From Clostridia bacterium (GTDB taxonomy: Bacteria; Bacillota; Clostridia; DUPQ01): a stretch of DNA of 34,746 nucleotides. Positions 17,886-26,827 of this stretch are shown piece after piece. The stretch is taken from contig JAUVJE010000002.1 in NCBI GenBank assembly GCA_030592355.1, positions 1-34,746 on the forward strand, read 5' to 3'. How positions within the stretch are numbered: the first letter of the stretch is position 1; each line of letters begins with the position of its first letter. The position numbers and the translations under genes are program-made. The notes under the pieces are model-generated. The model was not told the origin of the DNA. It was given only the letters and a program-made list of their open reading frames with translations, and did not search any database.

Positions 17886-18707
17886 ATGAATATTTATAGT
17901 GAAATAAGCAAGCATATGGATTCGGGAACCGCATGTATATTAGCGACTGTAGTGGGAAAAAGCGGTGAAGGACCTGTAGAAGTCGGCAAGAAAATGATTG
18001 TGGGCTCAGACGGTATTGCGAAAGGAACGGTAGGCGGCGGTGCTCTTGAATTCTACGCCCGCGAACGCTGTAAAGAACTATTGGCAGACCGTAAAAATTT
18101 GCTGGAAAAATACTTGTTGAACGAAGGCGAAGTTATAAAAGATGCAAAGACTTTGCCTATGGTATGCGGTGGGGAGGTTTCAATTTTCTATGAGTATATC
18201 GGGCCGGATGCCTGCATATACATTTTCGGGGGAGGACACGTTGGACAGGCAACGGTTAATGTTTTAAAAACTATGAATTTCCACATAACCGTGATAGATG
18301 AAAGAAAAGCGGTTTATAATGCATTTAAAGGTGCAGACCGTAAGGTGAATATGTCTTTCACAGAGTTTATTGAGAGCGAAGGCATAGAGGAAGGAAGCTT
18401 TATCATAGTATGCACACCTTCGCATAAGCATGACTACAATGTGATTTATAAAGTCATTGAACTAGGACTTAAGCCCCAATATATCGGAATGTTGTGTTCA
18501 CCATCCAAATTAAATGATTTTTTGAGCAGGATTTACAAAAAATTCGGAAAGAATGCGGACCTTTCAAATCTCTATTCGCCGATTGGCCTTGATATAGGAG
18601 GAGGTTCCCCGGAGGAAATCGCCATATCTATAGTTTCAGAAATTCTGGTTGTAAACAATGGTAAAACCGGACATAAACACATGAGGGTCGGAGACTTCAA
18701 ATGGTAA
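17886..18707 (+). CDS. xdhC: XdhC/CoxI-family Mo-hydroxylase maturation protein
   Basis: 273 aa. N-terminal XdhC_CoxI pattern (ATVVGKSGEGPVEVGKKMIV...GTVGGGALE) and the Rossmann part IFGGGHVGQA. Confidence 0.8.
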   Translation: MNIYSEISKHMDSGTACILATVVGKSGEGPVEVGKKMIVGSDGIAKGTVGGGALEFYARERCKELLADRKNLLEKYLLNEGEVIKDAKTLPMVCGGEVSIFYEYIGPDACIYIFGGGHVGQATVNVLKTMNFHITVIDERKAVYNAFKGADRKVNMSFTEFIESEGIEEGSFIIVCTPSHKHDYNVIYKVIELGLKPQYIGMLCSPSKLNDFLSRIYKKFGKNADLSNLYSPIGLDIGGGSPEEIAISIVSEILVVNNGKTGHKHMRVGDFKW

Positions 18708-19189
18708 CGATTATAACCGGGCCGTTAAATTCAGGGAAAACCACCAGAGTGGTGGAAGAATATAGGAACGTGGCCAGGGGAGATGGTTTTGTTTCCTTAA
18801 AAAGAATGAACGGTAAAGTTGTCGAAGGTTTTGACCTGATGAGATTGTCTACCGGTGAAAAGAGACCTTTTATAAGGAGAATCGGCAGCGAACCTAAGAA
18901 CTGGGTGGAAAACTGCACGTTGGGACCTTATACATTTTCAGATGATGCCGTCGGGTGGGCTGCAATGCAGATTTCCGGATTTATAAGCAACGGTATTTCC
19001 CCTGTATATCTCGATGAAGTGGGCATCATGGAATTAGCCGGTAAATGTTTTTATAAGATTGTTAAAAAGATAGTAAACTCCGGCACGAACGCTTATATAT
19101 CGGTCAGAGACGAATCCCTTGAAGCCGTAATTGAAAAGCTTGAAATTGACGGAGCGAAAATAATCAAGATGGGAGACAGATATGCATGA
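18701..19189 (+). CDS. Small P-loop NTPase (THEP1/DUF2478-like), probable accessory protein
   Basis: 162 aa. Walker A GPLNSGKTT at residues 7-15 and Walker B-like VYLDEVG. 7-nt overlap with xdhC. Confidence 0.55.
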   Translation: MVTIITGPLNSGKTTRVVEEYRNVARGDGFVSLKRMNGKVVEGFDLMRLSTGEKRPFIRRIGSEPKNWVENCTLGPYTFSDDAVGWAAMQISGFISNGISPVYLDEVGIMELAGKCFYKIVKKIVNSGTNAYISVRDESLEAVIEKLEIDGAKIIKMGDRYA

Positions 19190-20477
19190 CCTTGGAATAA
19201 TTGGGGGACAACTGTATATCGAAAGCGAATTTCAAAGAAAGAATCTGTTTGTAAAAAACGGTGCGATTTCCGGTATATCCGACGGTGTTGAAGGCTGCTT
19301 GGAATACTATGATGCATCGGGTAAAAAAATTATCCCGGGACTAATTGATCCTCATGTGCACTTTGCTCTGAATGTAAGCGGCCGCACATCAGCGGACAAC
19401 TTTTTTTCAGGATCTGTCAGCGCCGCCTTTGGAGGAGTAACCACTTTCATCGATTTTTTGGATCCGGTTTCAAAAGCCTTGGATTTACCCGGTGCTTTAA
19501 AAAGGAGAAAAAGCGCTGCAAAAGACAGTGTTGTAAACTATCTTTTTCATGCTACTGCGGCAAATCCGAAGGGCGAAACCGAAAAAATAGCCATGGAGAT
19601 GAAAAACCTGGGACTTCATACTATAAAAATATTCACTACTTATGAAGAATCCGGAAGACGCACTTATGATACCGAAATAAAAGAGTTTCTTGAATTGTCA
19701 AAAAAATATGGATTCATGGTGCTTGCCCATGTGGAAAATGATGACATTGTAGGTATGCATCCGAAACAATTGGTCAGTAATCTTCCCGAAGCACGCAGCG
19801 AAGAAGCTGAAATTACAGAAGCCCTTAAACTGGCGGCAATGGTCCGGGAAACGGGTGGAGAACTATATATGGTTCATACCAGCAGCGGCCGCACAGTGAG
19901 GGAACTGATAAAATGTTTTTCGGGAATAGTCGGAAATAGGTTTCATATTGAAAGCTGTCCCCACTATTTTTCATTTGACGACAGTAAATATGAAAACGAA
20001 GACGGATACCTTTATACTATGATTCCTCCACTGCGAGATTCAAGGGCTGTAAGATTACTGAAAAAATATTCTAATTTTGTCGAAAGCATCGGAACGGATC
20101 ATTGTCCGTATATGGAAAATGAGAAAGCCAGGCAGTGGCTTGATGAAATTCCAATGGGAATTGGATCAATCGAGCACTCCTTTGTCGTAATGCACAGCAT
20201 TCTTGGTAATAAGGCAATAGATAAGATGAGCAGATGCCCGGCGGAAATTTTCGGGTTGTATCCGTGGAAAGGTTTGCTGGCAGTTGGCTCGGATGCTGAC
20301 ATAACGATATACGATGATAATGAAAATTATAGAATCCATGGAAACCATTCTGCGTGTGATTATACGGTTTATGAGGGATTTGACGTAAAAGTTAAAATTG
20401 AATCCACAATATGCGGCGGGGAATTTGTTATAAGAAAAGGTGAATTTAAAAGGGGGAACGGAAAATGTTTGCTCTGA
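19182..20477 (+). CDS. Cyclic amidohydrolase (hydantoinase/dihydropyrimidinase-like, HyuA-like)
   Basis: 431 aa. Metal-ligand set GLIDPHVHF, HTIKIFTTY (carbamylated-Lys position), LAHVEND, MVHTSS and GTDHCPY. Confidence 0.75.
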   Translation: MHDLGIIGGQLYIESEFQRKNLFVKNGAISGISDGVEGCLEYYDASGKKIIPGLIDPHVHFALNVSGRTSADNFFSGSVSAAFGGVTTFIDFLDPVSKALDLPGALKRRKSAAKDSVVNYLFHATAANPKGETEKIAMEMKNLGLHTIKIFTTYEESGRRTYDTEIKEFLELSKKYGFMVLAHVENDDIVGMHPKQLVSNLPEARSEEAEITEALKLAAMVRETGGELYMVHTSSGRTVRELIKCFSGIVGNRFHIESCPHYFSFDDSKYENEDGYLYTMIPPLRDSRAVRLLKKYSNFVESIGTDHCPYMENEKARQWLDEIPMGIGSIEHSFVVMHSILGNKAIDKMSRCPAEIFGLYPWKGLLAVGSDADITIYDDNENYRIHGNHSACDYTVYEGFDVKVKIESTICGGEFVIRKGEFKRGNGKCLL

Positions 20478-21742
20478 CAAATGTAAGAATTTTCGATTTG
20501 CAGAATTATTATGACAACGGATACATTATTTTTAATGAGAAAATAAAGGAAGTCGGCGACATGGCTGGCTTTAGGGACAATGGTTATGAAATTATAGATG
20601 GAACGGGACATCTTGCGATGCCGTCCCTGACAGTTGCTCATACTCACATATATTCAACATTCGCAAGGGGAATGGTTATTCCGTTCAATCCTGCGAATTT
20701 TCAGGAAATTCTGGAGCAGTTATGGTGGAAAATGGATTCACACCTTACCGGGGAAGATATATATATGAGTGGAATCGTCAGTGGAGTGGATTATGCGAAA
20801 AACGGTGTGACTACAGTTATTGATCATCACGCGGGCAAGAAGATTAAAGGGTCGTTGACGCTGCTTAAAAAAGCTGTTTGCGAAAAGGTCGGTTTAAGGG
20901 GTTCTTTTTGTTTCGAAACCAGCGACCGATTTGATGTAGACGCATGCATAAGTGAAAACAATAACAGCGCAGACATATTCGGGCTTCATGCATCTATGAC
21001 GCTATCTGACGACACTTTGATTAAAGTTAAGGATTCTTTAGGGGACAAACCGGTGCATATACATGCGGCTGAAAGCTGGATGGATCAGGAAAACTGCCTG
21101 TCTTATCACGGAGAACGGGTGATAGAAAGGTTGGACCGTCATGGTTTGCTTAATAAAAATTCCATACTGGCTCATTGCATTCATATAAATGAAGACGAGG
21201 CGGAAATCATTGAGAAGAACGGCTGTTGGGTAGCTTTGAATATTCAGTCGAATATGAATAATGCAGTCGGTTTGCCGGATTACAAAATGCTTAAAGAAAA
21301 GGGAATAAAATGTCTTATTGGCAACGACGGCATGTCAATGGGAATAACCGGTGAATGGATGTCCCTGTATCTTGCAATGAAACACAGATATTTATCCCAT
21401 ACTGCATTTGACATGTCGGATTTGCTCACGGTTATTGATAACAATAATAAATATGTAAACGAAACAATGGATATCAGTATCGGAAGGATTAAACCGGGAT
21501 ACGATGCAGATTTGCTGTCTATTGAATACGAACCGCCTACGCCCATAGGTAAAGACAATGCATTCGGTCATATTTTATTTGGTTTGAGCAGGGCGTTCAC
21601 ACCGGAACATGTATGGTGCAAAGGGAAGCATATTGTCAGACATTATCATGTAAGTGATGAGTTAGAGAAAAAATATAAAGAGGCGAAGAAGACTGCGGAA
21701 AAGCTTTGGGAAAGGATTAAGAGCGATAGTTATAATGGATAA
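20465..21742 (+). CDS. ssnA: SsnA-type aminohydrolase (amidohydrolase superfamily, chlorohydrolase/deaminase branch)
   Basis: 425 aa. Motifs HTHIYSTFARGM, VHIHAAES, AHCIH and GNDGMS. 13-nt overlap with the upstream gene. Confidence 0.7.
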   Translation: MFALTNVRIFDLQNYYDNGYIIFNEKIKEVGDMAGFRDNGYEIIDGTGHLAMPSLTVAHTHIYSTFARGMVIPFNPANFQEILEQLWWKMDSHLTGEDIYMSGIVSGVDYAKNGVTTVIDHHAGKKIKGSLTLLKKAVCEKVGLRGSFCFETSDRFDVDACISENNNSADIFGLHASMTLSDDTLIKVKDSLGDKPVHIHAAESWMDQENCLSYHGERVIERLDRHGLLNKNSILAHCIHINEDEAEIIEKNGCWVALNIQSNMNNAVGLPDYKMLKEKGIKCLIGNDGMSMGITGEWMSLYLAMKHRYLSHTAFDMSDLLTVIDNNNKYVNETMDISIGRIKPGYDADLLSIEYEPPTPIGKDNAFGHILFGLSRAFTPEHVWCKGKHIVRHYHVSDELEKKYKEAKKTAEKLWERIKSDSYNG

Positions 21743-22808
21743 TCTTAAAACAAAATTTGACGGGTTGGTTCTTTCTAATCCCCTGATGCCGGCATCGGGT
21801 CCATTAACAGGTGATTTTGAAGGTTTGCAATTCATCCGGGAACAGGGAGTAGGCGCGGTAGTAACGAAAACTATTTCTATAAAAGCTGCAAAAGTGCCGC
21901 GGCCATGCATATACGGGGGCAGGGATTATATACAGAACTCTGAACTGTGGTCCGAATACCCGATGGAGAAATGGACGAAAGAAATTCTTCCTCAGTTTAT
22001 GAAAATTAAAAAAGTTCCGTTGATTGTGAGTGCAGGATATTCAGCTGAAGACATGGAGGTGCTGATACCAGAATTGGATAAATTTGCTGATGCGTTTGAA
22101 ATTTCAACCCACTATGTGGGGAAAAATCTGGATGTCATAGCCAATACCGTAAAGACAATCAGAAAAAACACTGACAAGCCGGTATATATGAAAATAAGTC
22201 CCCACATACCCAATCCTGTGGAATTTGCAAAAGCAGTAAGGGACGCAGGTGCCACCGGTGTAGTAGCAATTAATTCTCTCGGACCAACCATGAATATTGA
22301 TATTGCATCCCGCACGGTGAACTATGGAGGAAAAAGCGGTTTTTCCTGGACATCGGGACCTGTTATTAAAAACCTTGCCCTTGCTATAGTTTATACAATT
22401 AAATCAGCACTGCCGGATTTCACTGTCATAGGAACAGGGGGAATACAAAACGCCGATGATATAATTGAGTTTTTGCTGGCCGGAGCAAACGGAGTCCAGA
22501 TGCTGTCCGGGGCTTTGCTGAAAGGCAAAAATCTTTATTCGGAAATAATAAAAGACCTACCGGGTGCTTTAGAAAAACATGGTTTTAACAGCATAGAACA
22601 GATAAGGAAGACAGAATTAAAAATAGAGTCGGGGTATATCCCGAAGGTTCCGACACTTATCGAGGATAAATGTACCCATTGCAGATTATGTGAAAAAATA
22701 TGCCCTTATTTTGCTATATATTACGATGGCATAATACGGTTTGACGGTGAAAAATGCTTTGGCTGCGATTTGTGTATATCAAAGTGTCCGGCCGGGGCTT
22801 TGAAATGA
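21735..22808 (+). CDS. Dihydroorotate/dihydropyrimidine dehydrogenase-like flavoprotein with C-terminal 2x[4Fe-4S] domain (PreA-like)
   Basis: 357 aa. DHOD-fold N-terminus (LSNPLMPASGPL, VVTKTIS, GTGGI) and a C-terminal CTHCRLCEKICP ... CFGCDLCISKCP. Confidence 0.7.
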   Translation: MDNLKTKFDGLVLSNPLMPASGPLTGDFEGLQFIREQGVGAVVTKTISIKAAKVPRPCIYGGRDYIQNSELWSEYPMEKWTKEILPQFMKIKKVPLIVSAGYSAEDMEVLIPELDKFADAFEISTHYVGKNLDVIANTVKTIRKNTDKPVYMKISPHIPNPVEFAKAVRDAGATGVVAINSLGPTMNIDIASRTVNYGGKSGFSWTSGPVIKNLALAIVYTIKSALPDFTVIGTGGIQNADDIIEFLLAGANGVQMLSGALLKGKNLYSEIIKDLPGALEKHGFNSIEQIRKTELKIESGYIPKVPTLIEDKCTHCRLCEKICPYFAIYYDGIIRFDGEKCFGCDLCISKCPAGALK

Positions 22809-22821
22809 GAGGAGCTTAAAG

Positions 22822-24912
22822 ATGTCCGGTATTAGTAAATCCATCCCGAAACAGGATACGGCGGAAAAAACTTCCGGCGAAGCTCTGTACATAGGCGATA
22901 TCAAAGTTGACGGCATGCTCCATGCCAAGACTCTTAGGTCGACAAAAACCAGGGCATTGATTAAGGAAATAAAACTTCCGGATCTTCCGGAGGGATATCA
23001 TATTGTAGATTACAGGGATATTCCGGGGGAAAATTACGTAAAAATTATTTTTGAAGATATGCCTGTATTTGCAGAAAAAACTGTAAATTATTATGGGGAG
23101 CCAATTCTTTTGGTTATCGGTTCTGATAAACAGCAAATACTGAAATTGATTGATGCTATTGAGGTAATATATGAACCGCTGGAACCTCGCTACAAGTATA
23201 CGAAAAGTGTAGTTCATTATGAATATGAAAAGGGCAATACAGACACTGCTTTCGCCAATGCCGTAAGGACAATCAACGGGGAGTACAAAACCGGATATCA
23301 GGAGCACATTTACTTAGAACCTCAGGGTGTTATAAGTTTGTATGATGAGAATAAAATAACAATATTGGGATCCATGCAGTGCCCGTATTATATAAAAAAC
23401 GCAGTTATGCAGGTTTTAAACGCTGATGAAGACGGTGTGCGAGTGCAACAGGCTACGACAGGGGGAGCCTTTGGAGGCAAAGAGGAATTCCCTTCTCTTA
23501 TAGCATGCCAGGCTGCAGTTGCTTCGGCAAAACTGAAAAAACCTGTAAGTCTTATATACGATCGTATGGAAGATATAGAAACAACCACAAAAAGACATCC
23601 GTCTCTCATTAAGTTTACCGCAGCCATCGGCCCAGATTTTACAGTTGACGGAATCAGAGCGCATGTCTCTCTTGACAGCGGTGCTTATATAGGGTTGTCC
23701 GGGGTAGTGCTGCAGAGGGCTATGATTGCCGCAAGCGGAGTATACACAATAAAAAATTTATCCGTTTCCGGGGATGTTTACGAAACCAATTCAGTGCCTA
23801 ACGGAGCCTTCCGTGGATTCGGTGCTCCGCAGATGTTCTTTGCCGTCGAAATGTTTATGGAACATATAGCAAAGGAACTAAAATATAGTCCACTTGAGTT
23901 CAAGTTGAATTATTTGGCAAAAACGGGCGATGCCACTTCAACGGGAGGACAGTTCAGGAATCCAATAATAATGCGGGATATGGTTCATAAAGCATGGGAA
24001 ATATCGGATTACCGGAGAAAAACCACGGAATTTTCGCAACTTGGTGTATATAAGGGAATCGGCATGTCATTATTTCTGCATGGGTGCGGATTTACGGGCA
24101 GCGGAGAACAGAAGCACATTAAGGCAGTTGTCAGACTTCGGAAAAATAAGGATGATACGGTAACAATTCTTGCGTCCAGCACAGACATGGGACAGGGCGC
24201 TGCCACCACACTAAGGAAAATAGCTGCCGGGATACTCGAATTGTCCGTTGAACAAATCATATACAATAAACCCGATACCGACCATGTGCCGGATTCCGGA
24301 CCAACGGTGGCATCGCGCACGATAATGATAGTGGGAGGGCTTATAGCCAGGGCGGCTGTGGACCTTAAAGAAAAGTGGAAACCCGGAGAAGAAATAATTG
24401 TGGAACAACGTTATAAACAACCGGAATTTATAAAATGGGATGAAGATAAATTGCGCGGCGATGCTTATCCCGCATACTCATGGGGAGTTGTCGTCAGCGA
24501 AGTGGAGGTAAATCCCGTCACATGGACAGTGGAGCTGAAAGGATTATGGTCTGTGTATGATATTGGTATAGCCATTGATGAAAGAATTGTCATAGGGCAA
24601 ATCGAGGGAGGGCTTCTTCAGGGAATAAGTTACGGCATGATGGAAGTTATGGAATGCAAAGAAGGTATTATTCAACAAAGAAATGTGACGGACTACATAA
24701 TACCAACCGCTGCCGATAGTATAAATATGCATACGGTTTTGATGGATAACTCATATCCTCTGGGACCGTATGGAGCAAAAGGCGCGGGAGAATTGCCATT
24801 GGTGGGCGGAGCGCCTGCAGTTGCCATGGCGATTGAAAACGCAATCGGGAAAAAAGTTACCAGAATACCGGTAACGCCGGAATATATAATGGAGCTGATG
24901 AAAAATGGCTGA
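22822..24912 (+). CDS. Mo-hydroxylase set 2, molybdopterin-binding (large) subunit, xanthine dehydrogenase family
   Basis: 696 aa. Motifs TTGGAFGGKEEF, NGAFRGFGAPQ and GAKGAGELP. GAGGAG RBS. Confidence 0.85.
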   Translation: MSGISKSIPKQDTAEKTSGEALYIGDIKVDGMLHAKTLRSTKTRALIKEIKLPDLPEGYHIVDYRDIPGENYVKIIFEDMPVFAEKTVNYYGEPILLVIGSDKQQILKLIDAIEVIYEPLEPRYKYTKSVVHYEYEKGNTDTAFANAVRTINGEYKTGYQEHIYLEPQGVISLYDENKITILGSMQCPYYIKNAVMQVLNADEDGVRVQQATTGGAFGGKEEFPSLIACQAAVASAKLKKPVSLIYDRMEDIETTTKRHPSLIKFTAAIGPDFTVDGIRAHVSLDSGAYIGLSGVVLQRAMIAASGVYTIKNLSVSGDVYETNSVPNGAFRGFGAPQMFFAVEMFMEHIAKELKYSPLEFKLNYLAKTGDATSTGGQFRNPIIMRDMVHKAWEISDYRRKTTEFSQLGVYKGIGMSLFLHGCGFTGSGEQKHIKAVVRLRKNKDDTVTILASSTDMGQGAATTLRKIAAGILELSVEQIIYNKPDTDHVPDSGPTVASRTIMIVGGLIARAAVDLKEKWKPGEEIIVEQRYKQPEFIKWDEDKLRGDAYPAYSWGVVVSEVEVNPVTWTVELKGLWSVYDIGIAIDERIVIGQIEGGLLQGISYGMMEVMECKEGIIQQRNVTDYIIPTAADSINMHTVLMDNSYPLGPYGAKGAGELPLVGGAPAVAMAIENAIGKKVTRIPVTPEYIMELMKNG

Positions 24913-25378
24913 AATCAAATTTGTATTAAACAATGAGAAAGTCCAAATTGACAGAGACCCGACAATGCGTCTCCTTGATGTGCTTCGTGATGATTTCGGG
25001 CTTATAGGAGTAAAAGAAGGTTGCGGCGAAGGAGAATGCGGTGCCTGCTCGGTACTCATCGACAGCGAAGTGGCAAGTTCCTGCATTGTGCCCCTTGGGA
25101 ATGTGTTCGACAAGAAAATTGTGACGATAGAAGGATTTAAAAAAACTGACAGATACAAGGTACTTCATGAGGCTTACGAGGAGGAGGGTGCAGTACAATG
25201 TGGATTCTGCATACCCGGAATGCTGCTGGCATCTGAGTCGCTTTTAAATAAAAATCCCCATCCTTCAGAGGATGAAATACGCGACGGATTGTCCGGGAAT
25301 CTTTGCAGATGCACAGGATACAACATGATTGTAAGGGCTGTACAAAGAGCCGCTGAAACAGGTGAGGGATTATGGTAA
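24905..25378 (+). CDS. Mo-hydroxylase set 2, [2Fe-2S] (small) subunit
   Basis: 157 aa. CGEGECGACSV...C and CGFCIPG...CRCTGY. 8-nt overlap with the large subunit. Confidence 0.85.
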   Translation: MAEIKFVLNNEKVQIDRDPTMRLLDVLRDDFGLIGVKEGCGEGECGACSVLIDSEVASSCIVPLGNVFDKKIVTIEGFKKTDRYKVLHEAYEEEGAVQCGFCIPGMLLASESLLNKNPHPSEDEIRDGLSGNLCRCTGYNMIVRAVQRAAETGEGLW

Positions 25379-26247
25379 AATCATATTTCCCCAAAACATA
25401 CCGGCAGGCACTTGAGATTCTTGCAAAAAGCAATCCTGCAATTATTGCAGGCGGCACGGATCTCATGGTAAAAAAACGCAGATGGTCCGGTTTATCCCCC
25501 GGATTTTCAGAAGATATGATTTTTATTTCACAACTCAGGGAATTAGATTACATCCGCAGGGAAAATGGGAAAATATACATCGGTGCAAATGTAACGCTGG
25601 AAAAATTGCTTCATGACAAAGACATACCGGAGATTCTTAAAAAAGCAGTGGCATCCATGGCATCTCCCGGTGTCAGGCATACCGCGACATTGGCCGGCAA
25701 TATAGCAAATGCATCACCGGCCGGAGATACGCTGCCTGTTCTATATATTTTAAATGCCCGGATAGTTATCGGAAGCCTTGAAAGAGAGAATGTAATTCAA
25801 ATCGAAGATTTCATACTCGGTCCGGGTTCTATTGATTTGCGAAGAAGTGAAATAATAAAGGAAATTATAATAGATGATACTGATTTTGATTTTATGATGT
25901 ATGAAAAAGTCGGCGGCAGGAAATCTGATGCTATTTCCAAGGTATCTTTTGCAGCTGCGGTATCTTCGGTATTTGATATGGTTACTGACATGAGGATAGC
26001 TATAGGGGCTGTGGCTCCGACCGTCGTACGGATAAGAGAATTTGAACTTCAGTTGATAGATACACCGGTAAATGAGATGGCGCAAATATCTGGTTTGGTG
26101 AAAGATTTATATAAACCATTGATAAAACCTATAAGCGATCAAAGATCCACAGCTGACTACCGGAAAATGTGTGTGTTGAATTTTATAGAAGAATTTCTTA
26201 ATAAAGCCGGAAAAAGAATAGGTAAGGAGAAAGATATTGATTGGTGA
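25372..26247 (+). CDS. Mo-hydroxylase set 2, FAD-binding (medium) subunit
   Basis: 291 aa. PAIIAGGTDLMV FAD_binding_5 motif and a C-terminal CO-dehydrogenase flavoprotein-like part (SDQRSTADYR). Confidence 0.8.
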   Translation: MVKSYFPKTYRQALEILAKSNPAIIAGGTDLMVKKRRWSGLSPGFSEDMIFISQLRELDYIRRENGKIYIGANVTLEKLLHDKDIPEILKKAVASMASPGVRHTATLAGNIANASPAGDTLPVLYILNARIVIGSLERENVIQIEDFILGPGSIDLRRSEIIKEIIIDDTDFDFMMYEKVGGRKSDAISKVSFAAAVSSVFDMVTDMRIAIGAVAPTVVRIREFELQLIDTPVNEMAQISGLVKDLYKPLIKPISDQRSTADYRKMCVLNFIEEFLNKAGKRIGKEKDIDW

Positions 26248-26773
26248 AAGAATCAGACACAGAAGAAATGAAATTAAAATGAGCATGAAAGTCCTTGCTG
26301 AAAAAACAGGACTTACATCAGGTTTTATAAGTCAGGTTGAACGCGAACTTGCCGAACCCTCCATAACCTCGCTTCGTAAAATTGCAGAAGCACTGGGAGT
26401 AGCGGTTTTTTATTTTTTTACTGAGAAGAAAAACACAGGAATTGTAGTTAGAAATAATAAAAGGCAAAGTAGAAACTTCCCAAAATCCCACCTTACCTAT
26501 GAATTGTTATCGCCGGACTTGAACAGACAGATGGAGATGTTCATGGCCTCTTTGGAACCCGGAGCCGAGACTTGCGACGAACCTCTTTCCCATAATGGGG
26601 AAGAAGTGACCCATGTGCTTGAAGGAACCATGTGGATTAAAATCGGGAAAGATGAATACACATTGGAAACAGGTGACACTATTTACTATTTTTCGAGTAT
26701 GCCTCACAAAATAGTAAATACCGGGAGTATCATGCTTCGTTTTATATCAACAATAACGCCCCCGGCGTTTTAA
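26237..26773 (+). CDS. XRE-family HTH + cupin domain transcriptional regulator
   Basis: 178 aa, TTG start behind AAGGAGA. HTH segment MKVLAEKTGLTSGFISQVERE. Cupin part HNGEEVTHVLEGTMWI...GDTIYYFSSMPHKIVN. Confidence 0.8.
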   Translation: MIGERIRHRRNEIKMSMKVLAEKTGLTSGFISQVERELAEPSITSLRKIAEALGVAVFYFFTEKKNTGIVVRNNKRQSRNFPKSHLTYELLSPDLNRQMEMFMASLEPGAETCDEPLSHNGEEVTHVLEGTMWIKIGKDEYTLETGDTIYYFSSMPHKIVNTGSIMLRFISTITPPAF

Positions 26774-26827
26774 ATCGAAATTTACATTAAGACGACATCC
26801 TGATTGATAGAATATTGGAGGAAATAG

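Noticed and set aside
17886-18707. Calling the XdhC-like gene yqeB and the following NTPase yqeC.
   Set aside because: The XdhC-like protein is only 273 aa, ordinary XdhC size and roughly half the length I recall for E. coli YqeB. The 162-aa NTPase has a different P-loop context and length from YqeC. I kept the generic family names.
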